Positions 21,301 through 32,488 of a stretch of DNA of 64,000 bases are shown here, piece after piece. How positions within the stretch are numbered: the first letter of the stretch is position 1; each line of letters begins with the position of its first letter. A model generated the notes under the pieces. The model made no database searches. It was not told where the DNA came from and saw nothing but the letters and a program-made list of their open reading frames with translations. A program made the position numbers and the translations under genes. Origin of the DNA: Gammaproteobacteria bacterium (lineage in GTDB: Bacteria; Pseudomonadota; Gammaproteobacteria; Ga0077536); NCBI GenBank assembly GCA_963662545.2, contig CAXXLL010000003.1, positions 2,400,001 to 2,464,000 on the forward strand. The letters are read 5' to 3'.

Positions 21301-23004
21301 ATGACCGGACTGTTGTCCAAATCACGCATCGTCGCGAAACCCGGTTTCAATCGCTGGCTGATAGCACCCGCGGCGCTGGGTATTCACTTGTGTATTGGTT
21401 CGGTCTACGCCTGGAGCCTGTTCAACCCCGCATTGGTCAAACGAATCGGCGTCGTCACCAGTGCTGCAGACGATTGGTCGCTAAAGAGCGTTGTCTGGAT
21501 CTTCACCGTGGCGATCGTTTTCCTGGGCCTGTCCGCGGCGATCGCGGGTAAGTGGCTGGAGCAGGTCGGTCCGCGCATGGTCGGCGTCGTGTCCGCGTGT
21601 TGCTGGGGCGGCGGTTTCATCGTCGGTGGCGTCGGGATCATTACCGGACAATTGTGGCTGATCTACTTCGGCTACGGGGTGATCGGCGGCTGCGGTCTGG
21701 GTCTCGGATATGTGTCCCCGGTCGGCACGTTGATCCGCTGGTTTCCGGACCGGCGCGGCATGGCCACCGGCATCGCCATCATGGGCTTTGGCGGCGGTGC
21801 CATGCTCGGCAAGCCGATGATCGACGGCTTTCTACGCCTCTACTACGAAGCCCCTCAGTATCTCGGGACCGTCGATACCCTGAACCTCGTCACCGAAGCC
21901 GGGCGGCGCATGGCCGAAGTTGGCGGCCAGCTTCGAGAAGTCGTCGTCGTCGGCGCCAACGACACGGCGAATATGATTGTCGAAGGGCCTGCGGGCGTAT
22001 ACCTCGTCGATTCCGGTACGGTTGGCGCCGCGCAGACGTTCTTTACCCTGGGCGGCATCTATTTCGTAATCATGCTCATCGCCGCCTTTTCGTACCGCCT
22101 GCCAGCTGCCGGATGGAAGCCCGCGCATTGGGAACCACCGAGTGAAGATGCCGAGCAGAGCGCAATGATCACGCGCCACGATGTGGACATCGACCAAGCG
22201 CTGAAAACACCCCAGTTCTACCAGCTCTGGATCGTATTGTGTTTCAACGTGACCGCCGGCATCGGCGTGCTGGCGGTGGCGAAGACCATGATGACCGAGA
22301 TCTTTGGGACCACCCTTCCCGGTAGAGTCGATCTGGAGTTTGCCGCAACCTACGTGCTGATGATCAGCCTGTTCAACATGATCGGGCGCTTCCTGTGGGC
22401 GAGCGCTTCAGACTACATGGGCCGGAAGAATACCTACCATATTTTTTTCGGATTGGGGATCCTGCTCTACTGCTCGATCCCGTATTTTGCGCAGCAGGTC
22501 AGCGTAAACCCCTCTGTGGTCTGGCTGGTGGGATTCTACGCGGCGACGATGCTCATCTTCACCATGTACGGCGGCGGTTTCGCGACGATCCCCGCCTACC
22601 TCGCGGACGTCTTCGGCACGCGTTACGTCGGCGGCATCCACGGGCGCTTGTTAACCGCCTGGAGCACGGCCGGCGTGCTCGGCCCGCTGGCGATTACAAG
22701 CTTGCGTGAGAACGCCGTCACCAAAGCCCTGTCGGATCTCTCAGCCCGCGTCGAACCGGAACAGTTTCGCGCGAGCTTTGGCGCCGGCGTCGATCAGCTC
22801 GAGCAGTTGGTAGCGGCCAAGACCGTCACGATCTCGAACCTCATGGAGATTGCGCCGCCCGGCACGACAGATCCGACGTCGGGTTTGTACAACCAGACCA
22901 TGTACCTGATGGCCTTCCTGTTGTTGCTCGCTTTGATCGCTAACGCTCTGATGAAGCCGGTCAATGCGAAACATCACATGGCTGAGACGCCCGCCAACAC
23001 CTGA
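21301..23004 (+). CDS. OFA/OxlT-family MFS transporter
   Basis: CIGSVYAWS, WFPDRRGMATG and YGGGFATIPAY motifs. Confidence 0.9.
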   Translation: MTGLLSKSRIVAKPGFNRWLIAPAALGIHLCIGSVYAWSLFNPALVKRIGVVTSAADDWSLKSVVWIFTVAIVFLGLSAAIAGKWLEQVGPRMVGVVSACCWGGGFIVGGVGIITGQLWLIYFGYGVIGGCGLGLGYVSPVGTLIRWFPDRRGMATGIAIMGFGGGAMLGKPMIDGFLRLYYEAPQYLGTVDTLNLVTEAGRRMAEVGGQLREVVVVGANDTANMIVEGPAGVYLVDSGTVGAAQTFFTLGGIYFVIMLIAAFSYRLPAAGWKPAHWEPPSEDAEQSAMITRHDVDIDQALKTPQFYQLWIVLCFNVTAGIGVLAVAKTMMTEIFGTTLPGRVDLEFAATYVLMISLFNMIGRFLWASASDYMGRKNTYHIFFGLGILLYCSIPYFAQQVSVNPSVVWLVGFYAATMLIFTMYGGGFATIPAYLADVFGTRYVGGIHGRLLTAWSTAGVLGPLAITSLRENAVTKALSDLSARVEPEQFRASFGAGVDQLEQLVAAKTVTISNLMEIAPPGTTDPTSGLYNQTMYLMAFLLLLALIANALMKPVNAKHHMAETPANT

Positions 23005-23271
23005 GGAACCCCCGGATCGCCAAGATCGGTCCGCCGAGGTCGGCGTCCGGGCGGTTGCTGGTAGCGCTGAAGTCTCTGAATTAGATTCAATAGTTTGCAA
23101 CGACGTCGGACACCCGCTTCGTAACACATCGTTAAATGAACCCGAATTGGTAATCCGTCACGGGCCGGCGCGGACCGCCGAACTAAGGTCCACCTCCAGA
23201 TTTATCGTCTCAGCAAGGTTCGCCGCGCGCTGGGAATACTCAGCTTCGTTAAATTTCGGGATAGACCTTCG

Positions 23272-23979
23272 ATGATAAACAAAATCAGATGCCTCGCCTT
23301 ATTGGCCGGCCTGCTCACGATGGGCAGCGCCCACGCGACGCTGTGGGACATCGTGGGCGTCCTCGGTTGCAGCAGTGGATTCTGCGCCTCCCTGTTTCAC
23401 GAATCTTCGGGCGGCAATCCGATGTCGGGAGCGAATGTCGGTGACATCACCGGCGTTTCGGGAACAACCGGCGCCTTGAATCAGTATGATGATTCGACCA
23501 AGAGTTTCGACGGCGGATTCACCCTTTCGAACGCCGGCGGCAACACCACCGTTAGAATGACCGGCAGCCTGTCCTTCGATGCCGGGACCGGCCTGATGAA
23601 TGTCGTGTCGAGCCTGAAGACGATCTTTGACGTAACCCCCTTGTATTCGGCGACGCCTGGATTTACGCCGCCTGAAGGCGATACGCTCTTTTTCGACCTG
23701 GGATGGCAGTGTTGCGGTGGAACCGATTTCGACCCAAATTCGTTCAAGGTATCGGGCTCTCCCTTTCCCGTCGGCGGCATGGTGATGACGATCTGGGGCG
23801 CCAATGGCTGGGACGGCAGCGGCTGGCCGGGTTCTAATCTGGGCGTCGATCTGAGACTGTTGCTGGTCGAAAATCCGACCCAGCCGCCGAGCACCGGCGT
23901 CCCCGAGCCCAGCAGCCTGGCCTTGATGGCCCTCGGCATGGCAGGCATCGGTCTGCAACGCTTCCGCGTGCGGGTTTGA
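23272..23979 (+). CDS. PEP-CTERM sorting domain surface protein
   Basis: Signal peptide, Gly/Ser/Thr-rich body, C-terminal VPEPSSLALMALG + TM helix + basic tail. Confidence 0.92.
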   Translation: MINKIRCLALLAGLLTMGSAHATLWDIVGVLGCSSGFCASLFHESSGGNPMSGANVGDITGVSGTTGALNQYDDSTKSFDGGFTLSNAGGNTTVRMTGSLSFDAGTGLMNVVSSLKTIFDVTPLYSATPGFTPPEGDTLFFDLGWQCCGGTDFDPNSFKVSGSPFPVGGMVMTIWGANGWDGSGWPGSNLGVDLRLLLVENPTQPPSTGVPEPSSLALMALGMAGIGLQRFRVRV

Positions 23980-24109
23980 CCCGGCACGGAATCGTCCCGG
24001 TGGGTCGCGCGTACGGCGCGCGGCCCGTCAACTTTTTTTGTAGCCCAGAATTCTCATTATCCTCCCGCGGCGCGCGCCTTTTCGCTCGCCCGCCGATGCG
24101 ATCCCGCGG

Positions 24110-24964
24110 TCAAGGGGAACCCGCCCCCGGCACCTCGACCCGGCAGGTTTCAACCCGGGCTTTCTTCGCGCCGGACGCGACCTCTTCGATTTCGCCTTCG
24201 TAAGTCAACGCGAACAGGGTGCGGCCGTCCGCGCCACCCAGATTGCAGGCCACCGCGCGCTTGCCCGGGACTTCGATACGATGGGAGACGTCCCCGCCCT
24301 CCATGACGCGAATGAATTCACCGCTCATGAAGCAGGCGACCCAGATCGCACCCTCCTGGTCGAGGCAGATGCCGTCCGGTGTCCGCTCACCGAGGTCGGC
24401 CCATACGCGCCGGTTCGTCAGGCGGCCGTCGCCCGCGCGGTCGAATGCTGTCAGCACGTTGCCGAAGGTCTCGGCACAGATCAGCGTTTTACCGTCGCCG
24501 GTAATGACGGTGCCGTTCGGAAAATTCATATCGGACGCAGCGATCCGAATCGCACGCTCCGGCGTGACCAGAACCAGGTTGGCGAGGGCCGGATCGGCGC
24601 CGTTCATGAGATCGAACCCGAAATTTCCGACGTAGATATTGCCGTCGCCATCGACGATCGAGTCATTGATATCCGCCGACACCAGCGACGACAGATCAGC
24701 ATAGTCCGAGAGCACGCCTTCGCCATCGACTTTCACCAGCTTACGGTCGCCCATTGAAACCACCACGAGGGTTCCATCCGGGAGAAAATTGAGGCCTGAG
24801 GGGCGCTCCGGAATTTCTGCGATGACCGTGCGCTCGCCCGCCTCGGTAAGCGTGTAAATGGTGTGTCCCCACATGTCCGACACCCACAATTTGCCATCGT
24901 GCCAGCGCGGCCCTTCGAGAAAAACAAAACCTTCGGCCAGTATTTCGAGCTCGGCGTTGCCCAT
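24110..24964 (-). CDS. SMP-30/gluconolactonase/LRE family protein
   Basis: FLEGPRW, FPNG and PDGICLD motifs. Confidence 0.9.
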   Translation of the reverse strand: MGNAELEILAEGFVFLEGPRWHDGKLWVSDMWGHTIYTLTEAGERTVIAEIPERPSGLNFLPDGTLVVVSMGDRKLVKVDGEGVLSDYADLSSLVSADINDSIVDGDGNIYVGNFGFDLMNGADPALANLVLVTPERAIRIAASDMNFPNGTVITGDGKTLICAETFGNVLTAFDRAGDGRLTNRRVWADLGERTPDGICLDQEGAIWVACFMSGEFIRVMEGGDVSHRIEVPGKRAVACNLGGADGRTLFALTYEGEIEEVASGAKKARVETCRVEVPGAGSP

Positions 24965-24979
24965 AATTCCTCCTCGTGG

Positions 24980-25348
24980 TCAATCGTCATCCAGGCCGAA
25001 CAGCTGATCGAGTTCGGCGCGTCCGGCATCCCCGTCTGTTGCGGCGGTAGAATCCGATTCGGTACCGAACAGTAGGTCGAGTTCGGCTCGCGACCTGGTG
25101 GCTTCGTCGTTCGACTTCGCCCGGTAGGCGTTCGGCGATGGCTTGAAATAATCGCAGAAGTTCGCGCGTATCTTGTTCGTTACCTGGGCGGCGATGGGCT
25201 CGTCACACGCGTCCGCAACCGAAGGGTTATAGAACACGCACAGCTTGCATACATGCAGGTCTGCGTCGCACTCACCGCACACTTCCTCGCGCTGCAACGG
25301 GAAAAGATCGTCGTCAAGATCCGCACCGCAGCGCCAACATGAGATCAC
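24980..25348 (-). CDS. Conserved Cys-rich (putative Zn-binding) hypothetical protein
   Basis: CWRC..CGEC..CKLC..C..RANFCDYF; probable GTG start. Confidence 0.7.
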   Translation of the reverse strand: MISCWRCGADLDDDLFPLQREEVCGECDADLHVCKLCVFYNPSVADACDEPIAAQVTNKIRANFCDYFKPSPNAYRAKSNDEATRSRAELDLLFGTESDSTAATDGDAGRAELDQLFGLDDD

Positions 25349-25364
25349 ACCATCCACGAGATTT

Positions 25365-26624
25365 TCAATAGCGGTCCAATGAGTATTCCGCAAGATTCAT
25401 TTCGCCGGTGCCCAAAGCGATCCGATCGGCGACCAATTTACCGGCACCGGGGGCCATCGTCCATCCGAGATGTCCGTGTCCAGTGTTGACGAACAGCCCT
25501 TCAACCGGCGTGTCCCCCATGATCCCCACGCCATCGGGGGTCATCGGCCTGAACCCCGTCCAGTGCGCCGATTGCCTGCGGTCGATCTTTTTTGCACCCC
25601 CGGGATAGACGCGACGCACCAGTTCGTAGAGATTTTCTATCCGCCCGGGCGTCAAGGCATCATCGAATCCAGCGAACTCGGCGGTGCCGGCAACGCGCAG
25701 GCGATCACCGAGGGGACACATGGCGGCATGAAAATGATCGTCGATGACCGGGATCTGGGGCTTCGACGTCCAGTCGGACAGGGGTAGGGTGATAGAGTAC
25801 CCCTTGACCGGCTGCACCGGGAGTTTTACCCCGACGCCTGCGGCCAGGCGCGTGCTGTGACTGCCGGCTGCAAGGACACAGGACTCGGCCGATATCACCT
25901 CAGCGTCGACGATCAAAGCGCGGAATTGACCATTCGTAACGAGGAGTTCGGACACCTCGGATTCGAGCATAAACGAGACACCGTCGTCGGTGCACCGTTG
26001 CATCAACTCGCGGCAGAATTTGTGCGCATCACCCGACACGTCGTCCGGGAAATGGATGCCTCCACTGAGTTCGCTCTCAATCCCTTGCAGCGCGGGTTCG
26101 AGCGACGCGACTTCCGATCGGGTTAGCGTAGTATAGCGAACATCCCATTGGCGACAGCGCTCCGCGATGGCGACAGCATTGTCGAGCTCTTTTTCGGTGC
26201 GGAATATCTTGAGCGTGCCCAGATCGGCACGGTCGAAGTCAAAATTAAGCGAGGCGTAATGCTCGTTGAGTACTGACAATGAATAATCAGCGAGCCGGGT
26301 GTTTTTTTCGAGGTTAGAGTAGAAAATCCGCTCGCTGGAATTTCTGAAGAACGCGAACGACCAGGCCAGCATGCGCGGCAGGGCACGCGGCCTGATCAGG
26401 AGCGCGGAATCTTCGCGTCCCAACATCTTAAGCGCGTCCCATAGCACCCCGGGCGCATTCCAGGGGCTCGCCTGGCTGGCGTGCAGCATGCCCCCATTGG
26501 CAAAGCTCGTTTCTAGTCCGGCGCCGGGTTGACGATCGATCACTAGGACTTCTGCGCCGTGTTGGCGTAGAAAATACGCTGTGGTCAGGCCCAGCAAGCC
26601 GGCGCCGATTACGACGGTACGCAT
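25365..26624 (-). CDS. dadA: D-amino acid dehydrogenase-like FAD oxidoreductase
   Basis: GAGLLG, ETSFANGG, PVKGYS, RVAGTAE and GHGHLGWT motifs. Confidence 0.88.
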   Translation of the reverse strand: MRTVVIGAGLLGLTTAYFLRQHGAEVLVIDRQPGAGLETSFANGGMLHASQASPWNAPGVLWDALKMLGREDSALLIRPRALPRMLAWSFAFFRNSSERIFYSNLEKNTRLADYSLSVLNEHYASLNFDFDRADLGTLKIFRTEKELDNAVAIAERCRQWDVRYTTLTRSEVASLEPALQGIESELSGGIHFPDDVSGDAHKFCRELMQRCTDDGVSFMLESEVSELLVTNGQFRALIVDAEVISAESCVLAAGSHSTRLAAGVGVKLPVQPVKGYSITLPLSDWTSKPQIPVIDDHFHAAMCPLGDRLRVAGTAEFAGFDDALTPGRIENLYELVRRVYPGGAKKIDRRQSAHWTGFRPMTPDGVGIMGDTPVEGLFVNTGHGHLGWTMAPGAGKLVADRIALGTGEMNLAEYSLDRY

Positions 26625-26713
26625 CCGCGAAGATTCCTGGTCATTCAGTTAGCCCGTATCTTCGCTATCGACCCCAATATTTGCAATCACCTGCGGCCGC
26701 ACCGGCCGTGTAG

Positions 26714-28624
26714 TCATTCGCTCCTGGTCGTGATGCGCACGCCGGAAAATCCCGCGATTCCGGGTTGGGCGAACCCCAGCGCTTCTTCGTAATTTTCGTC
26801 GAGCAGGTTATCGACGCGTAGGAATAATCGAACGTGCCGATTCACTTGATATCCCGCCGAAACTCCAACCGAGGCAGTTCCGCCAAGGGGTACGCGTGAG
26901 CGTGGAAAGCTTGAAAAATCAAAATCGTCCCGATTGCCGACGATGTTGACGCGCAAATTGATATCGCCGCGCCCATCGAATACGAAATAGCTGGCGTCAA
27001 TAGAACCCTGGTGGGTTGGAATGCGCACCTTGGTGAGCCGTGGGCCGTCGAGTAAATCCGTAGCCTTGACGTAGGTGTAGCCGCCAGTCGCTTCAAATGC
27101 GTCGCCGACCCTGGCTCGAACGCTGATCTCGATTCCGCGCCGCCGCGTGATCCCAGGCAGATTGATCGCGGTGAACGCCCCGCCACCCGCGGAGAAGAAG
27201 CCGTTGATCTCTTTCTCGGTACGCTCATTAAAGTAACTCACGTCCAGAAGGCTGGCGAACGGCTCGAAGCGCTGCCGAAAACTGACCTCCCAACCCGTCG
27301 ATTTTTCCGGTTGCAGGCCGGCATTACCAATAAACGTGATCCCGAAACCCGGACTGAAGCCGAATCGCTCGAAAAACGTCGGATCCTTTTGGCCGGTGCC
27401 GTAGACGAGTGTAATCCGTCCGAGATCGAACGGCATATCGTAGGCACCCGCCGCCCGGAATGTGGTAACGTTTTTGAAATCACTATTACGGTCGTAGCGC
27501 ACACTGGCGCTTACGCCAAACGCATCGAACCAGCGTGAAGCATATTCTACAACGTAGCCCGTGACGTCGAGGTTGCGGCCGAATCCCCGCTGGTTGAATT
27601 CCTCCAATTCGTGATCCAGCGCGAATACTAGCGCATGATCATCAACCCACCAGCCTTCGGTCCTGAACCGCCAGGTCGATTGATAACTGAACGCATACTT
27701 GTCGCCGCTTAGGCTGCTGTCGAGAAACGCTGCGGGATCGAACGAACTGTTTTTCGTAGACGTCCAGCGCCCATAGAGTTGCTGCATCCACACCCCGTCC
27801 CATAACGCCAGGGTCAGTCCCGCACTCGCATAACTCTGATTGGTATCCGAGACACCCGCTGAGTCGATCGGCAGGCTGGTTACGAAATCGAAACTGTCTA
27901 TCTGGGAATTGGTGCTGGTATGGCGGATACTGGCATCGAGTCTTAATGCGTCATTAAGCTGTAAGCGACTTTTGATGTTAACGGTTTGCTGGTGATAAGC
28001 ATCGTCTTCATCGCCTTCGCGTGAGATATTGGTTCCGCCCGTATCGGTACGATTCACTGCGGCTCTTACCGACAGTTTGTCGATACTCCCACCGACGCTC
28101 GCGCTGATCCGGTTGGTCGCGAAACTGCCGCCTTCGAGCACGAAATCCGCCGAGAACGCCTCGTCTCCACCGCGCGTGATGATATTGATGACGCCCGCCA
28201 CGGCTTCGCTTCCCCACAGTGAACTGTGCGGGCCGCGGACGATTTCGATTCGCTCGATATTATCGCTCGTAAGACTGGCGAAATCGAAACCATCGGTCGT
28301 CGACAGATCGTTCGCTTCAATACCATCGATAAGGACGAGCACGTGGTTCGCTTCCGCGCCGCGTACGCGTATCTGGGTCATCTTTCCGACGCCGCCCGAG
28401 TTGCTGACTGCCAGGCCCGGCACAGTACGCAGTAAATCGGAGACGAAAGTGATGTGCCGTCTTTCAATTTCGGCGCGGGTGATGACCGAAACGGAACTCG
28501 TCACCTCGGCGATGGATTGCGGCATACGCGAGGCCGTGACGATCATGGTTTCGAGATATTCCCGCTCGCCGGCAGACGCGACGACCGCTGCCAAGGTGGC
28601 TACGAAAAGACAGATAATGGGCAT
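26714..28624 (-). CDS. btuB: TonB-dependent receptor, probable cobalamin transporter
   Basis: TonB box (ETMIVTASR) and plug motifs (IERIEIVRGP.S.LWG); lies downstream of a cobalamin riboswitch. Confidence 0.85.
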   Translation of the reverse strand: MPIICLFVATLAAVVASAGEREYLETMIVTASRMPQSIAEVTSSVSVITRAEIERRHITFVSDLLRTVPGLAVSNSGGVGKMTQIRVRGAEANHVLVLIDGIEANDLSTTDGFDFASLTSDNIERIEIVRGPHSSLWGSEAVAGVINIITRGGDEAFSADFVLEGGSFATNRISASVGGSIDKLSVRAAVNRTDTGGTNISREGDEDDAYHQQTVNIKSRLQLNDALRLDASIRHTSTNSQIDSFDFVTSLPIDSAGVSDTNQSYASAGLTLALWDGVWMQQLYGRWTSTKNSSFDPAAFLDSSLSGDKYAFSYQSTWRFRTEGWWVDDHALVFALDHELEEFNQRGFGRNLDVTGYVVEYASRWFDAFGVSASVRYDRNSDFKNVTTFRAAGAYDMPFDLGRITLVYGTGQKDPTFFERFGFSPGFGITFIGNAGLQPEKSTGWEVSFRQRFEPFASLLDVSYFNERTEKEINGFFSAGGGAFTAINLPGITRRRGIEISVRARVGDAFEATGGYTYVKATDLLDGPRLTKVRIPTHQGSIDASYFVFDGRGDINLRVNIVGNRDDFDFSSFPRSRVPLGGTASVGVSAGYQVNRHVRLFLRVDNLLDENYEEALGFAQPGIAGFSGVRITTRSE

Positions 28625-28779
28625 GTCAGACTCCCGCTGCGACCCACACCCGGGTAGCAGTTAACGGCTGATCGCCGCGGAACGGGAAACGTGCGGAAAA
28701 TCTGACGGGAGATTTCGCGCCGACTCGACCCACCGCGATTCGGTTGAGGAAACCGCTCCAGGGTTTCCCAATCAGCGCG

Positions 28780-28985
28780 CGGCCGGTCTCCGGACTCGCG
28801 AGTGACGAGGATTAGAATCTCGCCGCAATCTCCGCCTTCCCGTGCCGAGGCACAGTGGCATATCGAAGATTGTTTACTCGCCTACCGTTGCGGGGGCAGC
28901 GCCGGATTTGCATCGATTGTAAAAATCGTGCGCACCGGCTTCCCGTTTAACCCGTCCGCGGGATTCGCGGACAGGAACCTGCACG
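28780..28985 (-). promoter_or_regulatory. Cobalamin (B12) riboswitch
   Basis: Minus strand reads AGGTT...TTAAACGGGAAGCCGGTG...AAATCCGGCGCTGCCCCCGCAACGGTA...GCCACTG...GGGAAGG...GAGTCCGGAGACCGGCC (B12 box). Confidence 0.93.
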
Positions 28986-29279
28986 CCAGGTTAAGTAACA
29001 GGCTAACGGACGCGTTTCGCGATCACAAGCGCCTAGCTCGCAGCCTGCGGATTTTCAAATAAGGATCGAGCGGTTGGATTTCACCGCGGCCCCGGTTATT
29101 CACCCGGGGCTCTGCCGTTTAGCGGGCGCTCATACCTGGTGGAATGCTCGCGGCCCGGAACAGAAGTTCAGGCCGCACTACATTCATATAACGGTTACAG
29201 ACTGTCGGAAAACGCCATTCTTGAACAGCCTGCCAACCCGTTGCACGCGTTTCGCCCGCGCTCCGTCGTTGCCGACTTA

Positions 29280-29615
29280 TCAGGCGACGACGTCCTTGAT
29301 GGCTTTCATGGCCGTGGCGCGCACCGAGAGGCTGGCCGGCCGTGCGTCCACCTTGACCATTTCACCCGTGAACGGGTTGCGCGCCATGCCGGCCTTACGT
29401 GCGGCCTTTTGTGCGCGGCGAAATTTCACGCCGAGGTCAGGGACCGTAAATTCACCTGACCCCTTCTTCACCAAGTGCCTGGCAGCAAGATCCTTTGTCG
29501 CTAAAAATACGGCTTGCACTTCTTTTTTGGTCAGACCCGTTTCTTCTGAAAGCGCGCTCAGGATCTGCGACTTGGTTTGCTTGTCGTTAATGGCGCGTGG
29601 TTTAGCTTGGCTCAT
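29280..29615 (-). CDS. HU/IHF-family histone-like DNA-binding protein (atypical HU)
   Basis: TKSQILSALSEETGLTKK... and ARNPFTGE motif; basic protein. Confidence 0.88.
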   Translation of the reverse strand: MSQAKPRAINDKQTKSQILSALSEETGLTKKEVQAVFLATKDLAARHLVKKGSGEFTVPDLGVKFRRAQKAARKAGMARNPFTGEMVKVDARPASLSVRATAMKAIKDVVA

Positions 29616-29922
29616 AGTTTCTCCCTTACCAGGTGGTAGCGTTATTCTCCCAGCGAAGTCCGTGGTTCGATCCTTCGCAAATACAAGTTCGTCGCTGACG
29701 CCTAATCATCGAAGCAGATTTCTCCAGTGAACTCGATGCGTCTGTCCCCAAAGTTCACGGCCCTCTTTCGCGCGATGCGTTCGATGGCCAAACCGATCAG
29801 GATGGTACCGGCGCCGCAGGTCTGAATCGACCGCGTTAATATAATGCCCGCCACGAAAATTGGAAGCCTTGACACGCAGAAATATGGATTTATTCGCGAA
29901 GAAATGTTGAATCCCGTGCATC

Positions 29923-31533
29923 TCAATCGGGCCGGGCGTCGTCCCCATCGAACCTGACCCTCCCCAACATTGTCAGAACTGTACCCTTGGTTGCGGTTTT
30001 ATCCCACATGCTTACCTCGACGACTTCAAGTCGATCCTTAATTCGCTCATAGGGATACATCGGGGGAAATTCATGTCCCGGCCACTGCGTGGCGGCCATC
30101 ATGAAGACATAGGGGCAATCCCGAAGCCGCGCAAAAAAACGCTCGTCGTTGGTCGAAACACCCGCAAGCGGCTGGCCGCGCCTGCGGCCGTACAGCGGAA
30201 TATAGGAATAGGCCGCGGACGATACGCAGGCTCCGGCCGGTAGATGCTCGTCGATTCCGCGCATAGCATCAAGCACGCGCGTCACGCCGTTCATCACGGC
30301 CGTTGCCCGGAGGGGTGTATCGTACATATACCATTGCGGGGAGCGCACGAAATTTTCGGCTGCGGTGCCCTCCGATGCGATCACCTGCCGCACCATGACG
30401 AGCGTGCTTGGCGCGAGCACCAGCATGATGATTACGATCTGAGCCATGCCTGCTACCTGGCGGATCGAGGGTGCGCAATAGCTAGCCAGAAAATTGACGC
30501 CGACATAACTGTAGAACAGAAAGATCGGGAGCAGAACCTGCAGGAACCGGCGCATATGATCGGGGTACGGCCACACGGCGATGAGCGCGAGATAAAAGGC
30601 GAGGTAGAGGCTTTCGATTTCAAAACGCCGCGCCCGTAAGATCCAGCCGACAAAGAACAGCAACGACAACAATCCCACTGCATAGCTTGCATGCGGCGTC
30701 CCGATCAAATCGAAGCCGCGAACGAGTCCTAGCCAAATGGCCGGCAGATTAATTGCGAGCTGATCCGCCAGGTAGGCAAAAGTCGCCGGTAGGGATTCCC
30801 GTGCCACAGAATCGATGTAGCTCGACTCCATGCCGTTGATGGTTTTCACGAGAGTCCATGCCGTGATCGGCACCAATGCCAGGATCAGGATTGTCAACCG
30901 TTTGCTACGGGTCGCATCAGACAGCCAATGGATCAGCAGAGCCGCGATGCTGGTAATGCCGACCATTCTTACCAGCGCGCTCATCCCGATCAGAACCGCG
31001 CCGATGGCGTGCGCCGGAGACCCGGCCCGTTCGACTCGCCACAATGTGAACCCTGCGAACACCATAGCCACGTACAGCGGTTCGCTCTGTATCGAAATAG
31101 CCGTGAGCATGGTCGCGGGCGACAAGGCAAAAATCAACGTGATGCCCAGCGCTTCCGCCAGCAACAATCGTTGCGTCCGCAGCCACAGGTACACAGCACA
31201 AACGGCGCCCGCCGACATGCATGATGTCGCTGCATAGCTCGCCACCGGATAGTCACTGCCGCCACCCATGAACGCCAGCAACAGCGGATAGAGCGGCGGA
31301 AAAGTGAAATCGTAGAACATCGAAACGCCTAACTCATGAAGCGCCGGCCGGTACGGCGAGAGATAGTCCGCAATCGTGAGGTAGACACCGGAGTCCGTGA
31401 TATTTCCGATATATCCGTCCCGGACCGACAACCAGGTGTAGAAAACGGCGGAGAGCAAGAACAGGGGACCCGCTTCGATCAAACACTGGCGTGCCGTCAA
31501 CGCCGCGCCGTTCGCAGGTTGGTTAGACCACAT
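29923..31533 (-). CDS. Polytopic membrane protein, GT-C/ArnT-like glycosyltransferase
   Basis: DSGVY, FPPLYPLL and SEPLY motifs; many TM segments. Confidence 0.65.
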   Translation of the reverse strand: MWSNQPANGAALTARQCLIEAGPLFLLSAVFYTWLSVRDGYIGNITDSGVYLTIADYLSPYRPALHELGVSMFYDFTFPPLYPLLLAFMGGGSDYPVASYAATSCMSAGAVCAVYLWLRTQRLLLAEALGITLIFALSPATMLTAISIQSEPLYVAMVFAGFTLWRVERAGSPAHAIGAVLIGMSALVRMVGITSIAALLIHWLSDATRSKRLTILILALVPITAWTLVKTINGMESSYIDSVARESLPATFAYLADQLAINLPAIWLGLVRGFDLIGTPHASYAVGLLSLLFFVGWILRARRFEIESLYLAFYLALIAVWPYPDHMRRFLQVLLPIFLFYSYVGVNFLASYCAPSIRQVAGMAQIVIIMLVLAPSTLVMVRQVIASEGTAAENFVRSPQWYMYDTPLRATAVMNGVTRVLDAMRGIDEHLPAGACVSSAAYSYIPLYGRRRGQPLAGVSTNDERFFARLRDCPYVFMMAATQWPGHEFPPMYPYERIKDRLEVVEVSMWDKTATKGTVLTMLGRVRFDGDDARPD

Positions 31534-31562
31534 ATTGCACCGGAATTCTACCGCGTCTATGT

Positions 31563-32333
31563 TCAGCAGGTTTTCAAAGCCTGGTCGATCGCTTCCAGCG
31601 CCGTCAAAGCGCCGGATACGATCCGGTGGCTTACATGGTCGGACAGATCGGTCCGATCCGGGTTTATTTCGACCGTTATGCAACCCCTCGTGGTCGCTTC
31701 GGCGACGGGGCTGTAAATGTAGGGGAAACCAGCGGTCGTACCGATGGCAAATAGTACGTCGAAGCCGCGATCAATTTCGCGTTCGTAGGTTTTCGTCGCC
31801 GCACTCGGCAAGCTTTCTCCGAAAAGAACGACATCGGGTCGCACCAGGCCGTCGCATTTGTCGCACCTCGGCGGCATTGCGAGCAGCTCGAAATCCTCGA
31901 CATCGAATGCTGCCCGACAATCACAACAGAACAGATGTCGCAAATTGCCGTGCAGCTCGATGACGTTGGCGCTGCCGGCCGCTTGATGAAACCCGTCGAC
32001 GTTTTGGGTGATCACCCATAGGTCAAAATGCGCGTCCCATTGAGCAAGCAGATAATGACCGTTGTTGGGTTGCGCGCCACGACAGGCGTGTTCGATTTGG
32101 GCGAGGTATTTCCAGGTCAACGCGGAATTACACGCAAAGGTATAGGCGTGCAGGATCTCTTCGATCGGCATCCCTTCCTCGACGCTCATATCGTTATACA
32201 GGCCGCCGATACCGCGGTAAGTCGGTAGACCCGATTCTGCGGACATTCCCGCCCCGGTAATGACGGCGACACGCTTCGCGCTGCGCAGCGCTGTGGCAAT
32301 CTGTTCGATGTTGCCGCGTTCGGGATTGCTCAC
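31563..32333 (-). CDS. cobB: NAD-dependent protein deacylase (sirtuin)
   Basis: TGAGMSAESG, TQNVDGFH, ELHG, CxxC..CxxC and RPDVVLFGE motifs. Confidence 0.92.
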   Translation of the reverse strand: MSNPERGNIEQIATALRSAKRVAVITGAGMSAESGLPTYRGIGGLYNDMSVEEGMPIEEILHAYTFACNSALTWKYLAQIEHACRGAQPNNGHYLLAQWDAHFDLWVITQNVDGFHQAAGSANVIELHGNLRHLFCCDCRAAFDVEDFELLAMPPRCDKCDGLVRPDVVLFGESLPSAATKTYEREIDRGFDVLFAIGTTAGFPYIYSPVAEATTRGCITVEINPDRTDLSDHVSHRIVSGALTALEAIDQALKTC

Positions 32334-32488
32334 GCGTTACCTCACTCGCTCAAGCCGCGGTTTCGGCTACGCTATCGGCACCGGCTGCCACCAGAGAATG
32401 GCATTACGCGCCCGACCTCCCGAGGCGCCGGTCACGAGCGCTGTACGATGTTCCTAAGCACGGTTCAATACGGTGTCTTCAGGTATCG

